A DNA stretch of 64,000 nt from an uncultured Gemmatimonadales bacterium. Its GTDB lineage: Bacteria; Gemmatimonadota; Gemmatimonadetes; Gemmatimonadales; GWC2-71-9. Location of the stretch: contig CAWCFX010000006.1 of NCBI GenBank assembly GCA_963795085.1, positions 384,001 to 448,000 of the forward strand, written 5' to 3'. The position numbers and the translations under genes are program-made. Below, in pieces: positions 47,146 through 57,890 of the stretch (its first letter is position 1; every line of letters starts with the position of its first letter). Under the pieces are notes generated by a model that searched no databases, had not been told where the DNA came from, and saw nothing but the letters and a program-made list of their open reading frames with translations.

Positions 47146-47207
47146 CGTCGCTTCAGCGACCGTCCTGCCGAGGGCAGGCTTCAGCCTGTCCTCTCGCGCG
47201 ATCCCAG
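47146..47207 (-). repeat. REP-like double-hairpin element (internally deleted copy)
   Basis: Reverse complement GAGAGGACAGGCTGAAGCCTGC..CCCTCGGC..GTCGCTGAAGCGAC. Confidence 0.8.
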
Positions 47208-47360
47208 GGCTGAGCGGACAGTGGACCCTGGGTGGCGGAGCGGCATGGACGGTAGGGACCAGGCGGAACGGGGATGAAACGTCATCCCAGGTGGCACCGA
47301 TGGACGGCGGTATGCCGGTAGCCTGGAGTCAGCCCTTCCCCGGTTTCGTTGAGAGGTGAC

Positions 47361-47687
47361 ATGAGAGCTGTACTCATCATCCTGGCCGTTATCTGGATTG
47401 TCTATCTCGTGGTGAGCCGGACCAGGCCTGGTCCTCCCGGCTCCCCTGGGGAACTGCGACGTATTGAGGAGAGGATGGCTGCGGTCCAGCAACGGGTAAA
47501 GAGCATCCAGGAGAATGATCTGACCACTCCAGATGCCCTCCGCCGTAAACTGGAGGACATGAAGGTATTGAAACGAGTGTTCGAGGAAGATCCCGCGGCC
47601 TTTGCCGAACATCCGGACGTACTCAAGCGATTCGAGGATGACTTCGCCCGGTTGCAAGCGACCGTTGATTCACACAATGGTGCCTGA
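47361..47687 (+). CDS. Membrane-anchored coiled-coil hypothetical protein
   Basis: GAGGT SD, N-terminal TM. Confidence 0.65.
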   Translation: MRAVLIILAVIWIVYLVVSRTRPGPPGSPGELRRIEERMAAVQQRVKSIQENDLTTPDALRRKLEDMKVLKRVFEEDPAAFAEHPDVLKRFEDDFARLQATVDSHNGA

Positions 47688-48099
47688 CACGCGCCTGGAA
47701 CGGGCAACCGTCGGCGCGCAACCAGGGACCGGGTTGCGAGCACGCCCTTGGCTCGGGACCGTTTGCTGCCTTGCGTTGGTACTGAGTGCCTGTGCGGGTC
47801 AACCGCTCACGGTCCCGATCCCTCCGGCGGGCGCACATGCGGCGAGGCAGGACCTCGAGGTCTGGCAAGGGGCGCGGGCGACTACCCTCCACGGGGTAGT
47901 CGTGACGTCGGACAGCTTGAGCGGAGTGCCGGTCAGACAGCCTCCCTCATGCGATTCGTGCCGCATACCCATTCCCCTGGCGGCGATTGACTCGGTTCGC
48001 GAGGTAAGCATTGACAGGGCCGCGCTCGGCACCATGGGTCTGGTGGCAGGCTTTGCCGCCCTGACGCTCCTGGCCTGGCACGCGAGCGCGGGCGATTGA
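47677..48099 (+). CDS. Hypothetical lipoprotein with CDSC motif
   Basis: LSAC lipobox, DSLSGVP..CDSCR, IDSVR. Confidence 0.6.
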   Translation: MVPDTRLERATVGAQPGTGLRARPWLGTVCCLALVLSACAGQPLTVPIPPAGAHAARQDLEVWQGARATTLHGVVVTSDSLSGVPVRQPPSCDSCRIPIPLAAIDSVREVSIDRAALGTMGLVAGFAALTLLAWHASAGD

Positions 48100-48193
48100 C
48101 CTCTGCACGCGTGTGGGGCGGCCCTGCGCGCCGGGCCATCCGCTGGACGCCGGTTATGCTGAGCGCGGTTGCCGCTCACGTCCTCCGTTCAGG
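48100..48193 (+). mobile_element. Degenerate attC-like site
   Basis: TGCTGAGCGCGGTTGCCGCTCA motif, fold-back with CGTGTGGGGCGGC, ends GTTCAGG. Confidence 0.55.
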
Positions 48194-48218
48194 TGGCTTT
48201 CTCACTCCCCGCACACTG

Positions 48219-48684
48219 GTGTCGAAGACACCGATCATCTTCAGCACTACCCACCGCGTCCAGTTCTCGGAACTCGATCCCTATAACCACGTCGGCACGG
48301 GGCGATTTGCCACGTACTTCGTCGACCACCGCATGAAGGGGCTCAGCCAGCACATCGGCTGGGATGCCGCCACTCTCATCAATCTCCCGTTCGCGGTGTG
48401 GGTTCGCCGGCTGGAGATCGATTTCGTCCGGCCGGTCTCCGCCGACCGGGAGTTTACGATAACCTCCTTCGTGCGTGAGTTTCGGGGGCCGGACGCCTTC
48501 ATCGAGTGCACCATGACGGACACGACGGGCAAGACGCTGTCCCGCGCCCTGATGATCGTGGCATGCGTCCGACAAGGCTACCAACCGCGCCATGGAGTGG
48601 CCGGGGCGGTACCTCCAGGAGCGCGCCGGCCGGCATTCGCCTCGATCACGGCCGGCGTCGCCCTCGGCATGCTCTCGGCCCTGA
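48219..48684 (+). pseudogene. Hot-dog acyl-CoA thioesterase, +1 frameshift near 48570
   Basis: RVQFSELDPYNHV; GTC C GAC restores CVDKATNRAMEWP. Confidence 0.75.
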
Positions 48685-48793
48685 CCCCGGGCAATGCCCT
48701 TGGCGTCCCGGTGGGAACTCCCCAGGTTCATCGCGCACTCCCACCCGTCCTTCCCGGCGCTCCGAAACTCATCAGACAGCGATCGCGTAGGCG

Positions 48794-50240
48794 ATGACAC
48801 CTTTCCGGGGTTCACCGAGGAGACGAGTTTCGCTTCTCACGCTTGGCTGCCTTTGCCTCACGGCCTGCGGGCCGGCTTCGCTGGGCGCCCAGGACGCCGG
48901 GACGCGGGACACGACGATCCGGGTTCACTCCCGCGCGCTGGGAGAAGAGCGGGTCGTGGACATCGCATTGCCCCGGCACTACGCCTCAGGCACCGAGCGC
49001 TATCCGGTGATCGTGGTGCTCGACGCAGAGTTCCAGCACGACATCGCCGCCGCCGCGGCCCGGTTCTACGCCTCCGCGTCCATGGTGCCATCCGCCATCG
49101 TGGTCGGCGTGCGCAACACCCAGCGCATGCGCGACCTGGCGCCGGTGCCGGGCTTCACGCCACCTCCGCAAATCGCCGGGGCGAACGGCGGCGCCGACCG
49201 GTTGATCGCCTTTCTCGCCGACGAGCTGCTCCTCCGGATCGACTGCGCGTACCGGACCGTGCCCATGCGGGTGCTGATCGGCCACTCGCTGGGCGGCTTG
49301 TTCGCGCTCCACGCCCTGGCCACCCGGCCAGCCCTCTTCACCGGGTACGTCGTCATGGAGCCGGCCATCTGGTGGAACCAGGAGCGGGAGTGGCGCACCG
49401 CCCGCGAGGCCCTGGGCCAGCCCGACGCGCGGCGCGCGCGGGTCATGCTGGTGAACACGCCGCGCATGGCCGTGGACACGACGCGCTAAGGGCGGAGACG
49501 CACCCATGGTGCGGCTCCTGGCGGTAACCGGCGAGACGCACGAGAGCATGGCGGCTCCGGGGATGCTGCTGGCCTTGCGCACGCTGTTCGCCGATTTCCG
49601 CCCCTCCGACTGGAAACCGGGGACCCGGCCGGTCGCGATGCTGGAACGCTACGATTCGCTGGCGGGACGCGTGGGGTACGCCGTGCCGATCCCCCTCCCC
49701 GCGTACGAGGCAACGATTCGCATGTCGATCCACGCCCGTCACTTCGACGACGCCGAGCGCATGCTGCCGAGGATGGAGCGCGCCTTCGGGGTGGCGGCCG
49801 GGCGGGAGTTGCGTGAGCTGCTGGCGGCGGAGCGCGCCACCCCGCTGTCGCCGGCGTTCGTCGCGCTGGAGATTCCCGCGAGGCGGCCCACGGCGGCGCA
49901 GGCGGCCCCGTTCCTCGGCCGCTGGCAGAAGACCGGCTCCGGCGGCGGGCACGAGATCGTGGTTCGTCCCTCGGGCGACACGATCGTGGTGCACAGCCGC
50001 GTCCAGCTGCCGGACGGGAGCTGGGACGAGGGTGACCAGTATGTCATCCAGGTGACGCCGGCGGGAAAGCTGGAGTGGGGACTGCCCTGGTTCCGCGGCC
50101 TGGCCGCGTTGCTGGTCCAGGTCGGGGAGATGCTCCCCGACGGGACCATGCGGGTTACCCGCCAGCCGCGGGGCTGGGTCCCACGCGGGCCCGGGGGCGA
50201 GACGAACAGCACGGAGACCTTTCGCCGGGTCGAGGGCTGA
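48794..50240 (+). pseudogene. IroE/Fes-like esterase with C-terminal extension, split at 49487-49490
   Basis: RYPVIVVLD, RMRDL, GHSLGG; TAA plus frameshift; continues as 49506..50240 (THESM). Confidence 0.8.
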
Positions 50241-50448
50241 TCATCCCCAGCCGGCGCAGCCGCGCCCGTCGCTCGACCGGGACCCCGCGGGGCTCTCGCC
50301 GGTCCAGTTCCTTACCGCGTGCAGCAGGCTGGAGGTCGGCTCGGCAGCTGGCCATCTGCCGTGCCGTCTGCCCCACCCGCCCCGGCGTCATCCCCATTCG
50401 TCCCGCCGTCGTTGTCGCCAGCCCCCGGCGACCCCTATGCTGCCCGGC

Positions 50449-51687
50449 ATGAAAACACTCACCGTTCTCCTCGCCGCCCTCCTCGCCGCTTTCCTCGTTG
50501 GCCTGTTCGGCGCCCGCCTGTTCGGCGCCGGCCCGAGCGCCGTGGAACCGCGCCACCATGAAGACGCCGTGTCGGCCATCTTGCGGGTGCTCGACTCGGT
50601 CCCCCTGGTCGCCATCATGGAAGACCACCTGCTGGCCGAGGAAGGCGAGCTGTACCAGCGCCTGCTGCGCGATCCCCGGGCGCCGGGGCGGATCAACGAT
50701 GTGATTGTCGAACTGGGGAATCAGCTGCACCAGCCGCTGGCCGACCGCTCCGTGGGCTGGACGGCCGGGCCGCCGGTGCCGGCAGATTCCCTGGGCATGA
50801 TCTGGGAGGACAACACCCAGGCCGGGCTGGTGACGATGTACGCCCCCATGTACCCGGCGATTCTCGACGCGGTGCGCGAGGCGAACGCGCGGGTGCCGCC
50901 GGCCCGGCGTATGCGCGTGCTGCTGGGCGATCCCCCGGTGAACTGGCGCACGGTCACCCGTGATCAGCTCTGGGACGCGCACAAGCAGAGGGGGAACTTC
51001 ATGCGCGCGCTGGCGCGGGACTCGGTAGTGGCACGCGGTCGGCGCGGCGTGCTCATCGCGGGCGGGTCGCACCTGATGCGCAGCCCTCACACGGCTCACC
51101 CACCCGGCTCCCGCCGCGATGCGCAGTGGGGATCGCTCGGGGATAGCGTCTTTGTGGTCGACGTCCACGTGGGCTTCGGCGCCCCGCTGGCTGCCCTCGA
51201 ACCGTTCATGGACTCGCTGCCTCGGTTCGCACTGCTGCGAAGCGCCGGCCCGATTCTCCGGGACCTCCTCGTCAACGACGTCCTGGCGGCCACCCCCGCG
51301 AGCGACGGAAGTGTTCCCCCGTCGGCGACACCGCCGGCGGCAATGCGGTTGCGGGATGAGGGCGTACGGTTGTCAGAGGTGATAGACGGCTATGTCTACC
51401 TGGGCCCGTTCCGCTCGCTGACCATGTCCCGGCCCGACGTGCAGCGCCTGCGCCGCGAGCCGGCCCGCCTGCGCGAGTTCCAGAGAAGGATGTGCCTGAT
51501 CACCGGGCGTCCGGTCGACACCACCCGGGTCTTCGCCGCCGATACCACTCGTCTCTTCTTTCCCACCGGCGGGCGCCCCAGCCGGGTCGCGTTTGTGCCC
51601 ATCCGGGAGGCGCAGCGGGACGAGCGGGCCCCGCCGCCACCCCTTCCGCCGGAACTGCCCGAACCCTGTCGCTCTCTGCTTCACTAG
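50449..51687 (+). CDS. Secreted ChaN/EreA-fold-like hypothetical protein
   Basis: LVAIMEDH, VIVELGN, LIAGGSHL, DGYVYLGP. Confidence 0.7.
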   Translation: MKTLTVLLAALLAAFLVGLFGARLFGAGPSAVEPRHHEDAVSAILRVLDSVPLVAIMEDHLLAEEGELYQRLLRDPRAPGRINDVIVELGNQLHQPLADRSVGWTAGPPVPADSLGMIWEDNTQAGLVTMYAPMYPAILDAVREANARVPPARRMRVLLGDPPVNWRTVTRDQLWDAHKQRGNFMRALARDSVVARGRRGVLIAGGSHLMRSPHTAHPPGSRRDAQWGSLGDSVFVVDVHVGFGAPLAALEPFMDSLPRFALLRSAGPILRDLLVNDVLAATPASDGSVPPSATPPAAMRLRDEGVRLSEVIDGYVYLGPFRSLTMSRPDVQRLRREPARLREFQRRMCLITGRPVDTTRVFAADTTRLFFPTGGRPSRVAFVPIREAQRDERAPPPPLPPELPEPCRSLLH

Positions 51688-51907
51688 CGGGAAGGCGGTC
51701 GGCGCGGGACCAGATCTGATCCTACGGGGCATCAATCCACCCTCCGTGTGCCGCACCGAGCGGTATAGCACGCCAGGCCGCCGAGGTGTACGACCACTGG
51801 TCACCGGATGCGGTCTGGTTCCTCCGCACGGGGCTGGGCAGACACGATTGGGGTCGACACGCCCACTACGGTCGCTTTCTGGAGCTCGTAGCGAATGACC
51901 GTCTCAG

Positions 51908-52138
51908 ATGACCTGGCTGACCGGCTCGCCTGGCACCTACGGTGACGAGACAGTCGTTGAGGTAGAGCTTCGCCCGGGGGACGGCGGCACCTTCCTTCGA
52001 CTCACCCACCCGGGCTTCAGCACCGAGCAAGCGTGCAAGGGCCACGAGACCAACTGGCCCGCCGCGTTGGAGGCGCTGGACGCGGCTCTGAGGAATAGGG
52101 CATGGGCCCGCTGCGGTGGCAGGTGGGGTCGGAGCTGA
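51908..52138 (+). pseudogene. SRPBCC/AHSA1 C-terminal fragment
   Basis: MTW..ETVVEVEL..GGTFLRLTH.GF..HETNW..L; N-half absent. Confidence 0.7.
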
Positions 52139-52311
52139 CCGGCAGGGGGCGGGCTGCCTGTCGGGACGGCTGTTCCGCTCCCGACGGAGCCTCATGGGCG
52201 TTGCGCGCGGCCGCGTTCGCCCGGTCCCGCGGGAACGTTGACCATCACGAAGACTGTTCGTCGCGTCGAACGCTGATCCTCCGCGCTCCACCGCACCGTC
52301 CCGGTCCACCC

Positions 52312-54969
52312 CTACCCCGTGTTCCGCATCCCCGCCGCAATCCCGTTCACCGTCACCAGGAAGGCATCGCGCAGGCCCGGGTCGTCCCCATCCTGCCGCA
52401 GCCGCGCCAGCAATTCGACCTGGACCAGGTTGATCGGGTCCACGTACGGGTTCCGGACCTCGATCGACCGGCGCAGGACCGGGTTGTCGGCCAGCAGGTG
52501 CGCCGCCTCCATCACCTCCAGCACGGCGCCGATCGTGTCCTCCAGGCTGGCGCGCAGCGCGTCTCCCAGTCCCCGCAACTCCGCCGGCACCAGCTCGGCG
52601 TCGTAGTGGGCCGCGATCTCCGGCGAGGCCTTCGCCAGGACCATCGTCACCAGGTCCAGCGTGGAACGGAAGAACGGCCACTCCCGGTACATCGTCCGCA
52701 GCTCCTCCAGCTCGCCGCGCGCCATGGCGGACCGTAACGCGTCGCCCACGCCGAGCCAGGCGGGCAGCATCAGCCGGGTCTGGGTCCACGCGAAGATCCA
52801 GGGAATGGCCCGGAGCGACTCGACCCCGGTGCCGGGGCGGCGGCGCGCCGGCCGGCTGCCGATCTTGAGCTGGCCCAGCTCCACCTCCGGGGTGGCCAGC
52901 CGGAAGTACTCGAGGAACTCGGGCGACTCGTAGACCATTCGCCGGTAGGCGGTCCGCGATTCGTCCGCCAGGGTGTCCATCAGCGTCCGCCAGCGCGGCG
53001 CGGCGGGCACCCCCGGCAGGAGGGTGGCCTCGAGCACCGCGGTGGTGTACAGCTCCAGCGTCCGCTCCGCGATGGCCGGCAGGCTGAACTTGGAGTCGAT
53101 CATCTCGCCCTGCTCGGTGACCCGGAGCGCGCCGTCCACCGAGCCGGGCGGCTGCGACTGGATCGCCAGGTGGGTCGGCCCGCCCCCCCGCCCCACCGAT
53201 CCACCCCGCCCGTGGAACAAGGTCACCCGCACGCCATGCGCCTGGCACACCGCGACCACCCGCTCCTGCGCGGTGTACAGCGCCCATGCCGCCGCCAGCC
53301 GGCCGCCGTCCTTGGCCGAGTCGGAGTAGCCGATCATCACCTCCTGGTGATCGCCGATGCGGCGGCGGTACCAGGGGATCCGGAACAGCCGGTCCAGGCA
53401 GTCGGCGGCACCCTGCAGGTCGGCCACGGTCTCGAACAGCGGTACCACCCGGCAGCGAGGCTCTACCTCCGCGGCCGCCTGGAGCAGCTCCACGGCCAGG
53501 ATATCGGAAGGCTCGCTGGCCATGGAGATGACGTAGGCGCCGAGCGAGCCCGGGGGAAGCCCGGCGGCGACCCGCATCGTCTCGAGCACGTCGGCCACCT
53601 CCCCGTCCCACCCGTCTGTCCTGGCCATGGCCCCGCGGGCCAGCGGGGCATCCCCTTCCAGCTCCTCGAGGATGAACGCCTGCCGCTCCTCTTCTGGAAG
53701 ATCGTCATATGAGCGCCCGGCGCGTCGGGCGATCGCCTCGAGCGCCGCGGTGTGCCGACCGGCTTCCTGTCGCAGGTCGAGGCGGGCCAGCGTCAGTCCA
53801 AAACAGGGAATTCGGCGCAGCAGGTCCAGCAGCCTGCCCCGCGCCAGGATCCCCGCTCCCGTCTCCTCCAGCGAGCGGAAACAGAGCCGGAGCGGTTCCG
53901 CCAGCTCCTCCGGGTCGGTATAGATCTGGTCACTCGGCTGGAGCGGAGCGGGACGATCCAGCAACCCCTCGATATGGAGACGGGTGCGCTCCAGCCGGTC
54001 GGCGACGCCCCGCAGCAGGGCCCGGTAGGGCTCGGCCGCATTCCCGACCCGGGACATAAGCTCCGGGCTCGCCGTGCTCATGGACAGCTCGGCGCGAAGT
54101 TCGGCCACTTCCCGGTGGTAGAGATCGGCCGCCATCCAGCGAGCGAGGAGCACGGCGCGGAAGGTGATGTCCGGCGTGACATTGGGGTTCCCGTCGCGGT
54201 CGCCGCCCATCCAGGAGCCAAAGCGAATCGGGGCGATGCCCTCGGGCAACCGCTGGCCGGTGGCGGCATGCAGCGCGGCGTCCAGGGCGCGCAGGTGGCG
54301 CGGAATCGCGTCCCACAGGGTCTGCTCGAACGCGACCATGCTGGCGCGGACCTCGTCGAGCGGCGAGGGCTGCTCGTGCTGGACTTCATCGGTCAGCCAG
54401 ATCGCAGCGATCTCCTCCTCCAGGCGGCGGGTCAGCTCCTCCCGCTCCGGCCCCGTGAGATCGGGCCGGTCGCCCAGCGCCAGCAGGTCGGCGATACTGC
54501 GCTGCTTCTGCCGCAGGGTGCGGCGGACCACCTCGGTGGGATGGGCGGTCAGGACCAGCTCGATGCGCTGGTTGACGACCCGTTCCACGAGGGTGGCGGG
54601 CGGGATGCCTGCCGCGCGGAGCCGGGCGAGGCTGTCGGCAAAGGAGGCGCGCTGGGGCGGTGCCTCGGGATCGCGCTGGTAGTCGCGGCGCCGGCGGATC
54701 CGGTGGTGCTGTTCCGCGATGTTCGCCAGGCCCAGGAAGTGGGCGAAGGCGCGGGCCACCGTCATGGCCTGGTCGGTGGAAAGCGCTTCCAGCGCCCGGC
54801 GCAGGGTGTCAAAGCGGGCCTCGCCGCCCCGCACCTGCTTCGACAGCGCGCGGATGCGTTCGACCGCGTCGAACAGGTCATCGCCTTCCTGGCGCCGGAG
54901 GGTGTCGCCCAGCAGCGCGCCGAGCACGCGCACGTCATCCTGGAGGGGCTGGTGGGGATCCGAGGGCAT
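52312..54969 (-). CDS. ppc: Phosphoenolpyruvate carboxylase
   Basis: VLTAHPT, WMGGDRDGNP, QEVMIGYSDSAKDGG, FHGRGGSVGRGGGP, LRAIPW, C-terminal MRNTG. Confidence 0.98.
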   Translation of the reverse strand: MPSDPHQPLQDDVRVLGALLGDTLRRQEGDDLFDAVERIRALSKQVRGGEARFDTLRRALEALSTDQAMTVARAFAHFLGLANIAEQHHRIRRRRDYQRDPEAPPQRASFADSLARLRAAGIPPATLVERVVNQRIELVLTAHPTEVVRRTLRQKQRSIADLLALGDRPDLTGPEREELTRRLEEEIAAIWLTDEVQHEQPSPLDEVRASMVAFEQTLWDAIPRHLRALDAALHAATGQRLPEGIAPIRFGSWMGGDRDGNPNVTPDITFRAVLLARWMAADLYHREVAELRAELSMSTASPELMSRVGNAAEPYRALLRGVADRLERTRLHIEGLLDRPAPLQPSDQIYTDPEELAEPLRLCFRSLEETGAGILARGRLLDLLRRIPCFGLTLARLDLRQEAGRHTAALEAIARRAGRSYDDLPEEERQAFILEELEGDAPLARGAMARTDGWDGEVADVLETMRVAAGLPPGSLGAYVISMASEPSDILAVELLQAAAEVEPRCRVVPLFETVADLQGAADCLDRLFRIPWYRRRIGDHQEVMIGYSDSAKDGGRLAAAWALYTAQERVVAVCQAHGVRVTLFHGRGGSVGRGGGPTHLAIQSQPPGSVDGALRVTEQGEMIDSKFSLPAIAERTLELYTTAVLEATLLPGVPAAPRWRTLMDTLADESRTAYRRMVYESPEFLEYFRLATPEVELGQLKIGSRPARRRPGTGVESLRAIPWIFAWTQTRLMLPAWLGVGDALRSAMARGELEELRTMYREWPFFRSTLDLVTMVLAKASPEIAAHYDAELVPAELRGLGDALRASLEDTIGAVLEVMEAAHLLADNPVLRRSIEVRNPYVDPINLVQVELLARLRQDGDDPGLRDAFLVTVNGIAAGMRNTG

Positions 54970-55241
54970 GGGCTCAATATATGGCCACAGCAAAGGAAGT
55001 AAGGTGGAGTCTGGTCACCGACGCCCGGCCAGCCACACCTGGTGGCGATGCCAACGGGACCTGGAATCCGTGCCAGCGGCGGGATTATCCGGAGAGTCGT
55101 GGCACTCCCCCAGGAACGCCTGCAGTCGGTGATGCCCCGCCGCGGCGATGCCCTACACATCGTGCTCGGGACACGTCGCTAAACCCCAGCCCGGCGACCG
55201 GCATCATATCGTCGAGCGAACGTAACCTGGAGGTTTGATCG

Positions 55242-56129
55242 ATGCTCAACAGAATCCGGATATGTATTCTCGGCCTGACCATCGTGGGGGCCCTGTTGCC
55301 GGCGACACGGGCGATGGCCCATCCCGGCTCGGCAATCGTCGTCGACCGACTGGGCCAGGTCTGGTTCCTCGATACCGGCGCGGGCCTCTGGAAGATCGAC
55401 ACGCACGGCGTGCTGACCCATGTCGGAGGCGATCGCTTCCATTGGATGGCGCTCGACCAGGACAATCGTTTCCGTGGTGCCACCCTGCCCCGCGACATCA
55501 CGCTGGTGGGAACGAGTCCATCCCTGCTCATCGCCAGCGATTACCCGGTCGCGATGGGCCGGGATGGCAGCCTGTATTATCCCTCGCGCGCGCCGGACGG
55601 CCGCGTGCGGATCATGCGGACGCTGCCGGCCGGACGGCCGGCGGTGGTCGCCACGCTGCCGGCCACGACGGCCGGTGGCACACCGCTCCAGTGGCTCAAC
55701 GGCCTCACCGGCGGCGCCGATGGGCATCTGTATTTCACGGAGAACAACGCCATTCGGCGGGTCACGATGGACGGCCGGGTGCAGACCGTCGTGAGCGACC
55801 TCAAGGTCCCGGGCTGCGCCGCCATTCCGGGGAATACACCGAAGGACGGTCTCTTTCTCCGGGGCTTGAGCGTGGACTCGGCGGGCGTGATCTACGTGGC
55901 GGCGAGCGGCTGCGGTGCCGTGCTCACGATCACGCCGGAAGGGCGCGTAACCACCCTCGTCCAGCTCGAGGCCCCCTGGAGTCCGACCGCCCTCGCGCGC
56001 TTCGGTTCGGATATCTACGTGCTCGAATACCTGCATACCGAGAAGGAAGACCGGCGGGCGTGGATACCGCGGGTGAGAAGAGTCTCAGGGGATGGCACGT
56101 CGGTCGTGATTGCGCGAGTCGCCCGATAG
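55242..56129 (+). CDS. Secreted NHL/beta-propeller protein
   Basis: Signal AMA-HPG; repeated DG.LYF and GLSVD..G.IYVA blades. Confidence 0.8.
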   Translation: MLNRIRICILGLTIVGALLPATRAMAHPGSAIVVDRLGQVWFLDTGAGLWKIDTHGVLTHVGGDRFHWMALDQDNRFRGATLPRDITLVGTSPSLLIASDYPVAMGRDGSLYYPSRAPDGRVRIMRTLPAGRPAVVATLPATTAGGTPLQWLNGLTGGADGHLYFTENNAIRRVTMDGRVQTVVSDLKVPGCAAIPGNTPKDGLFLRGLSVDSAGVIYVAASGCGAVLTITPEGRVTTLVQLEAPWSPTALARFGSDIYVLEYLHTEKEDRRAWIPRVRRVSGDGTSVVIARVAR

Positions 56130-56328
56130 GCCTCCGGCGGGTTGCCCCGGCATACCCCCGCGCCCGCCGCGAACGCACTGATCGTCAGGCGGCCCTTCGT
56201 CGTGGAGCCCTCCACCTTCGACGCCCTCCACATTCGACTCGTCCCCACCAGTCGCTTGAGAATGCGGGCCCACCGAGGTACCATCTGGTAGCATCCACTC
56301 TTAAGCCAGTCACCCGTCCGGAGGTCCC

Positions 56329-56670
56329 ATGCCCCGAATCGCAGGCATGCTCACTGACAAGGAGCGCGCCGCCCTGGCACCCAAGCCGCGCGCGTACCTG
56401 GCAGACGCCGAGCGACGCGCGCGTACGGCCGCATCCCTGTTCGACCTTGGCATCGCCCGCGGGCTGTTGCTCGCGCTGGTCAAGGAGGGGGTGATTACCA
56501 CCTCGGCGTATGATCGCATGTTCAAGCGCATCTTCGCCAAGGTGAAGCCGCGGCTGCGAGAGGAGATCCGGTCGGTGCCCAAGGCGCGCCTTACCGGGGC
56601 CCTGACCGTCCCCGCGGCGCCGCGCACGCGCCGGAGACAGCGGCGCAAGGCGAAGGCGAAACGCGCCTAG
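56329..56670 (+). CDS. Small basic helical hypothetical protein
   Basis: GGAGG SD; Arg/Lys-rich tail. Confidence 0.6.
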   Translation: MPRIAGMLTDKERAALAPKPRAYLADAERRARTAASLFDLGIARGLLLALVKEGVITTSAYDRMFKRIFAKVKPRLREEIRSVPKARLTGALTVPAAPRTRRRQRRKAKAKRA

Positions 56671-56825
56671 CGCGTTCATGGCGGCCTGGCCGGTCGGGTT
56701 CCCGGCCGCCGCGCCCGCAGGTTCATGCGCACAGTTGAACCCGGAAAGACATTTCTCCCGGCAGGAACGACAGGGGCTGCCCGCCACGCGCGTGGAGCGG
56801 TCAACCGCGCCCAGAACAGGAGAGT

Positions 56826-57274
56826 ATGCGTCCCTATCGCGTCATGGCCGGTCTGCTTGCCGCAGGCCTGACTGGGGGTGTGGTGACTCGACCGGCCCGA
56901 CCGTCCCAACACTGGGTGACCTGCTGGGAACCTGGGACCTTACCGCCCTCGTCCTGACCACCCACGAACCGACCCCACGCACCCGCGATCGCGTCGCTGA
57001 TGGCACCCAAACTCAGGTGCTGACCGTTACCGCAGGCGGCCACTTTGATCTCTATGCGTGCGTTCCCGATGTGCTTTGTGCTCATCTGCCCGGGACCCTG
57101 ACCATTGCCGGGGATAGTATCCATTTTGCCTATACACACGAGGGACCCTTTACTGAACGAGTCCGCCTCAGCGGCGCCAAGCTGACGCTCGATAGTGAAG
57201 GTCCTGGATATTTCCTGGCTACGGATGCCACTACTCAGCTGCTCTCGACCCGGCGGGTGTTTACAAGGCAGTAG
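56826..57274 (+). pseudogene. Lipocalin-like lipoprotein, frameshift in G5 run near 56874
   Basis: AGGAG SD; MRPYRVMAGLLAAGL joins GCGDSTGP..LLGTWDL across the shift. Confidence 0.7.
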
Positions 57275-57360
57275 CAGGCAGCGGACAACCGCGCCCGGTG
57301 ACCCGCGGAACACCGCCACGTGCTGAGCGCGGTCGCCGCGCAAGCGCACAACCGTTAGAC
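57275..57360 (+). mobile_element. Degenerate attC-like site
   Basis: GTGCTGAGCGCGGTCGCCGCGCAAGCGCACAACCGTTAGAC; GTTRRRY 17 nt before the next ATG. Confidence 0.6.
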
Positions 57361-57377
57361 CTGCACCCGAGGCCCCT

Positions 57378-57890
57378 ATGCATTTGCCAATCTGGGTGAT
57401 CGCAGCCGTGCTGGTTCTCTTTGGTGTCATGGCTGCGTGGCTTGGCCTCATTCTCGCCGGCCGCAATCCCCTGCCTTTTCCGGACGTCGGCTCGCGCATC
57501 TTTACCGCCGCGACACCGGCCGCCAAGGACACCATCGTCGCCCTCCTCGCCCAGTACGGCGTTCGCGAGCGCTTTCAGATGAACACGACTGGCGTGCTGC
57601 GATCGCTCATGTATGACGGCACCATTATTAATTGTCCGGACCCGGAAGTGACCCGACGCCTCGGGTCGCCGAAAGCGAGCATTGGCCTCGTGTCGCCGGA
57701 CCCTGCGACGAGCGCCGCGCAGGCCGCGGAGTTCCTGCGGCAACACGGCCTGGAAGCCGAGGTAGTGCTCGACGCCGAACCGGACTTGCCGATCGCGTTC
57801 GTGACGACGAACGCCTTTACCGGCACGGTATTGAATTTCCGCAAGCACGCCATTCACATGCCGCGGCCCGCGGGAGCGGGTGGAAAGTAG
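57378..57890 (+). CDS. Membrane-anchored hypothetical protein (cassette-like)
   Basis: N-terminal TM; flanked by GTTAGAC and GTTAGCC. Confidence 0.7.
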   Translation: MHLPIWVIAAVLVLFGVMAAWLGLILAGRNPLPFPDVGSRIFTAATPAAKDTIVALLAQYGVRERFQMNTTGVLRSLMYDGTIINCPDPEVTRRLGSPKASIGLVSPDPATSAAQAAEFLRQHGLEAEVVLDAEPDLPIAFVTTNAFTGTVLNFRKHAIHMPRPAGAGGK

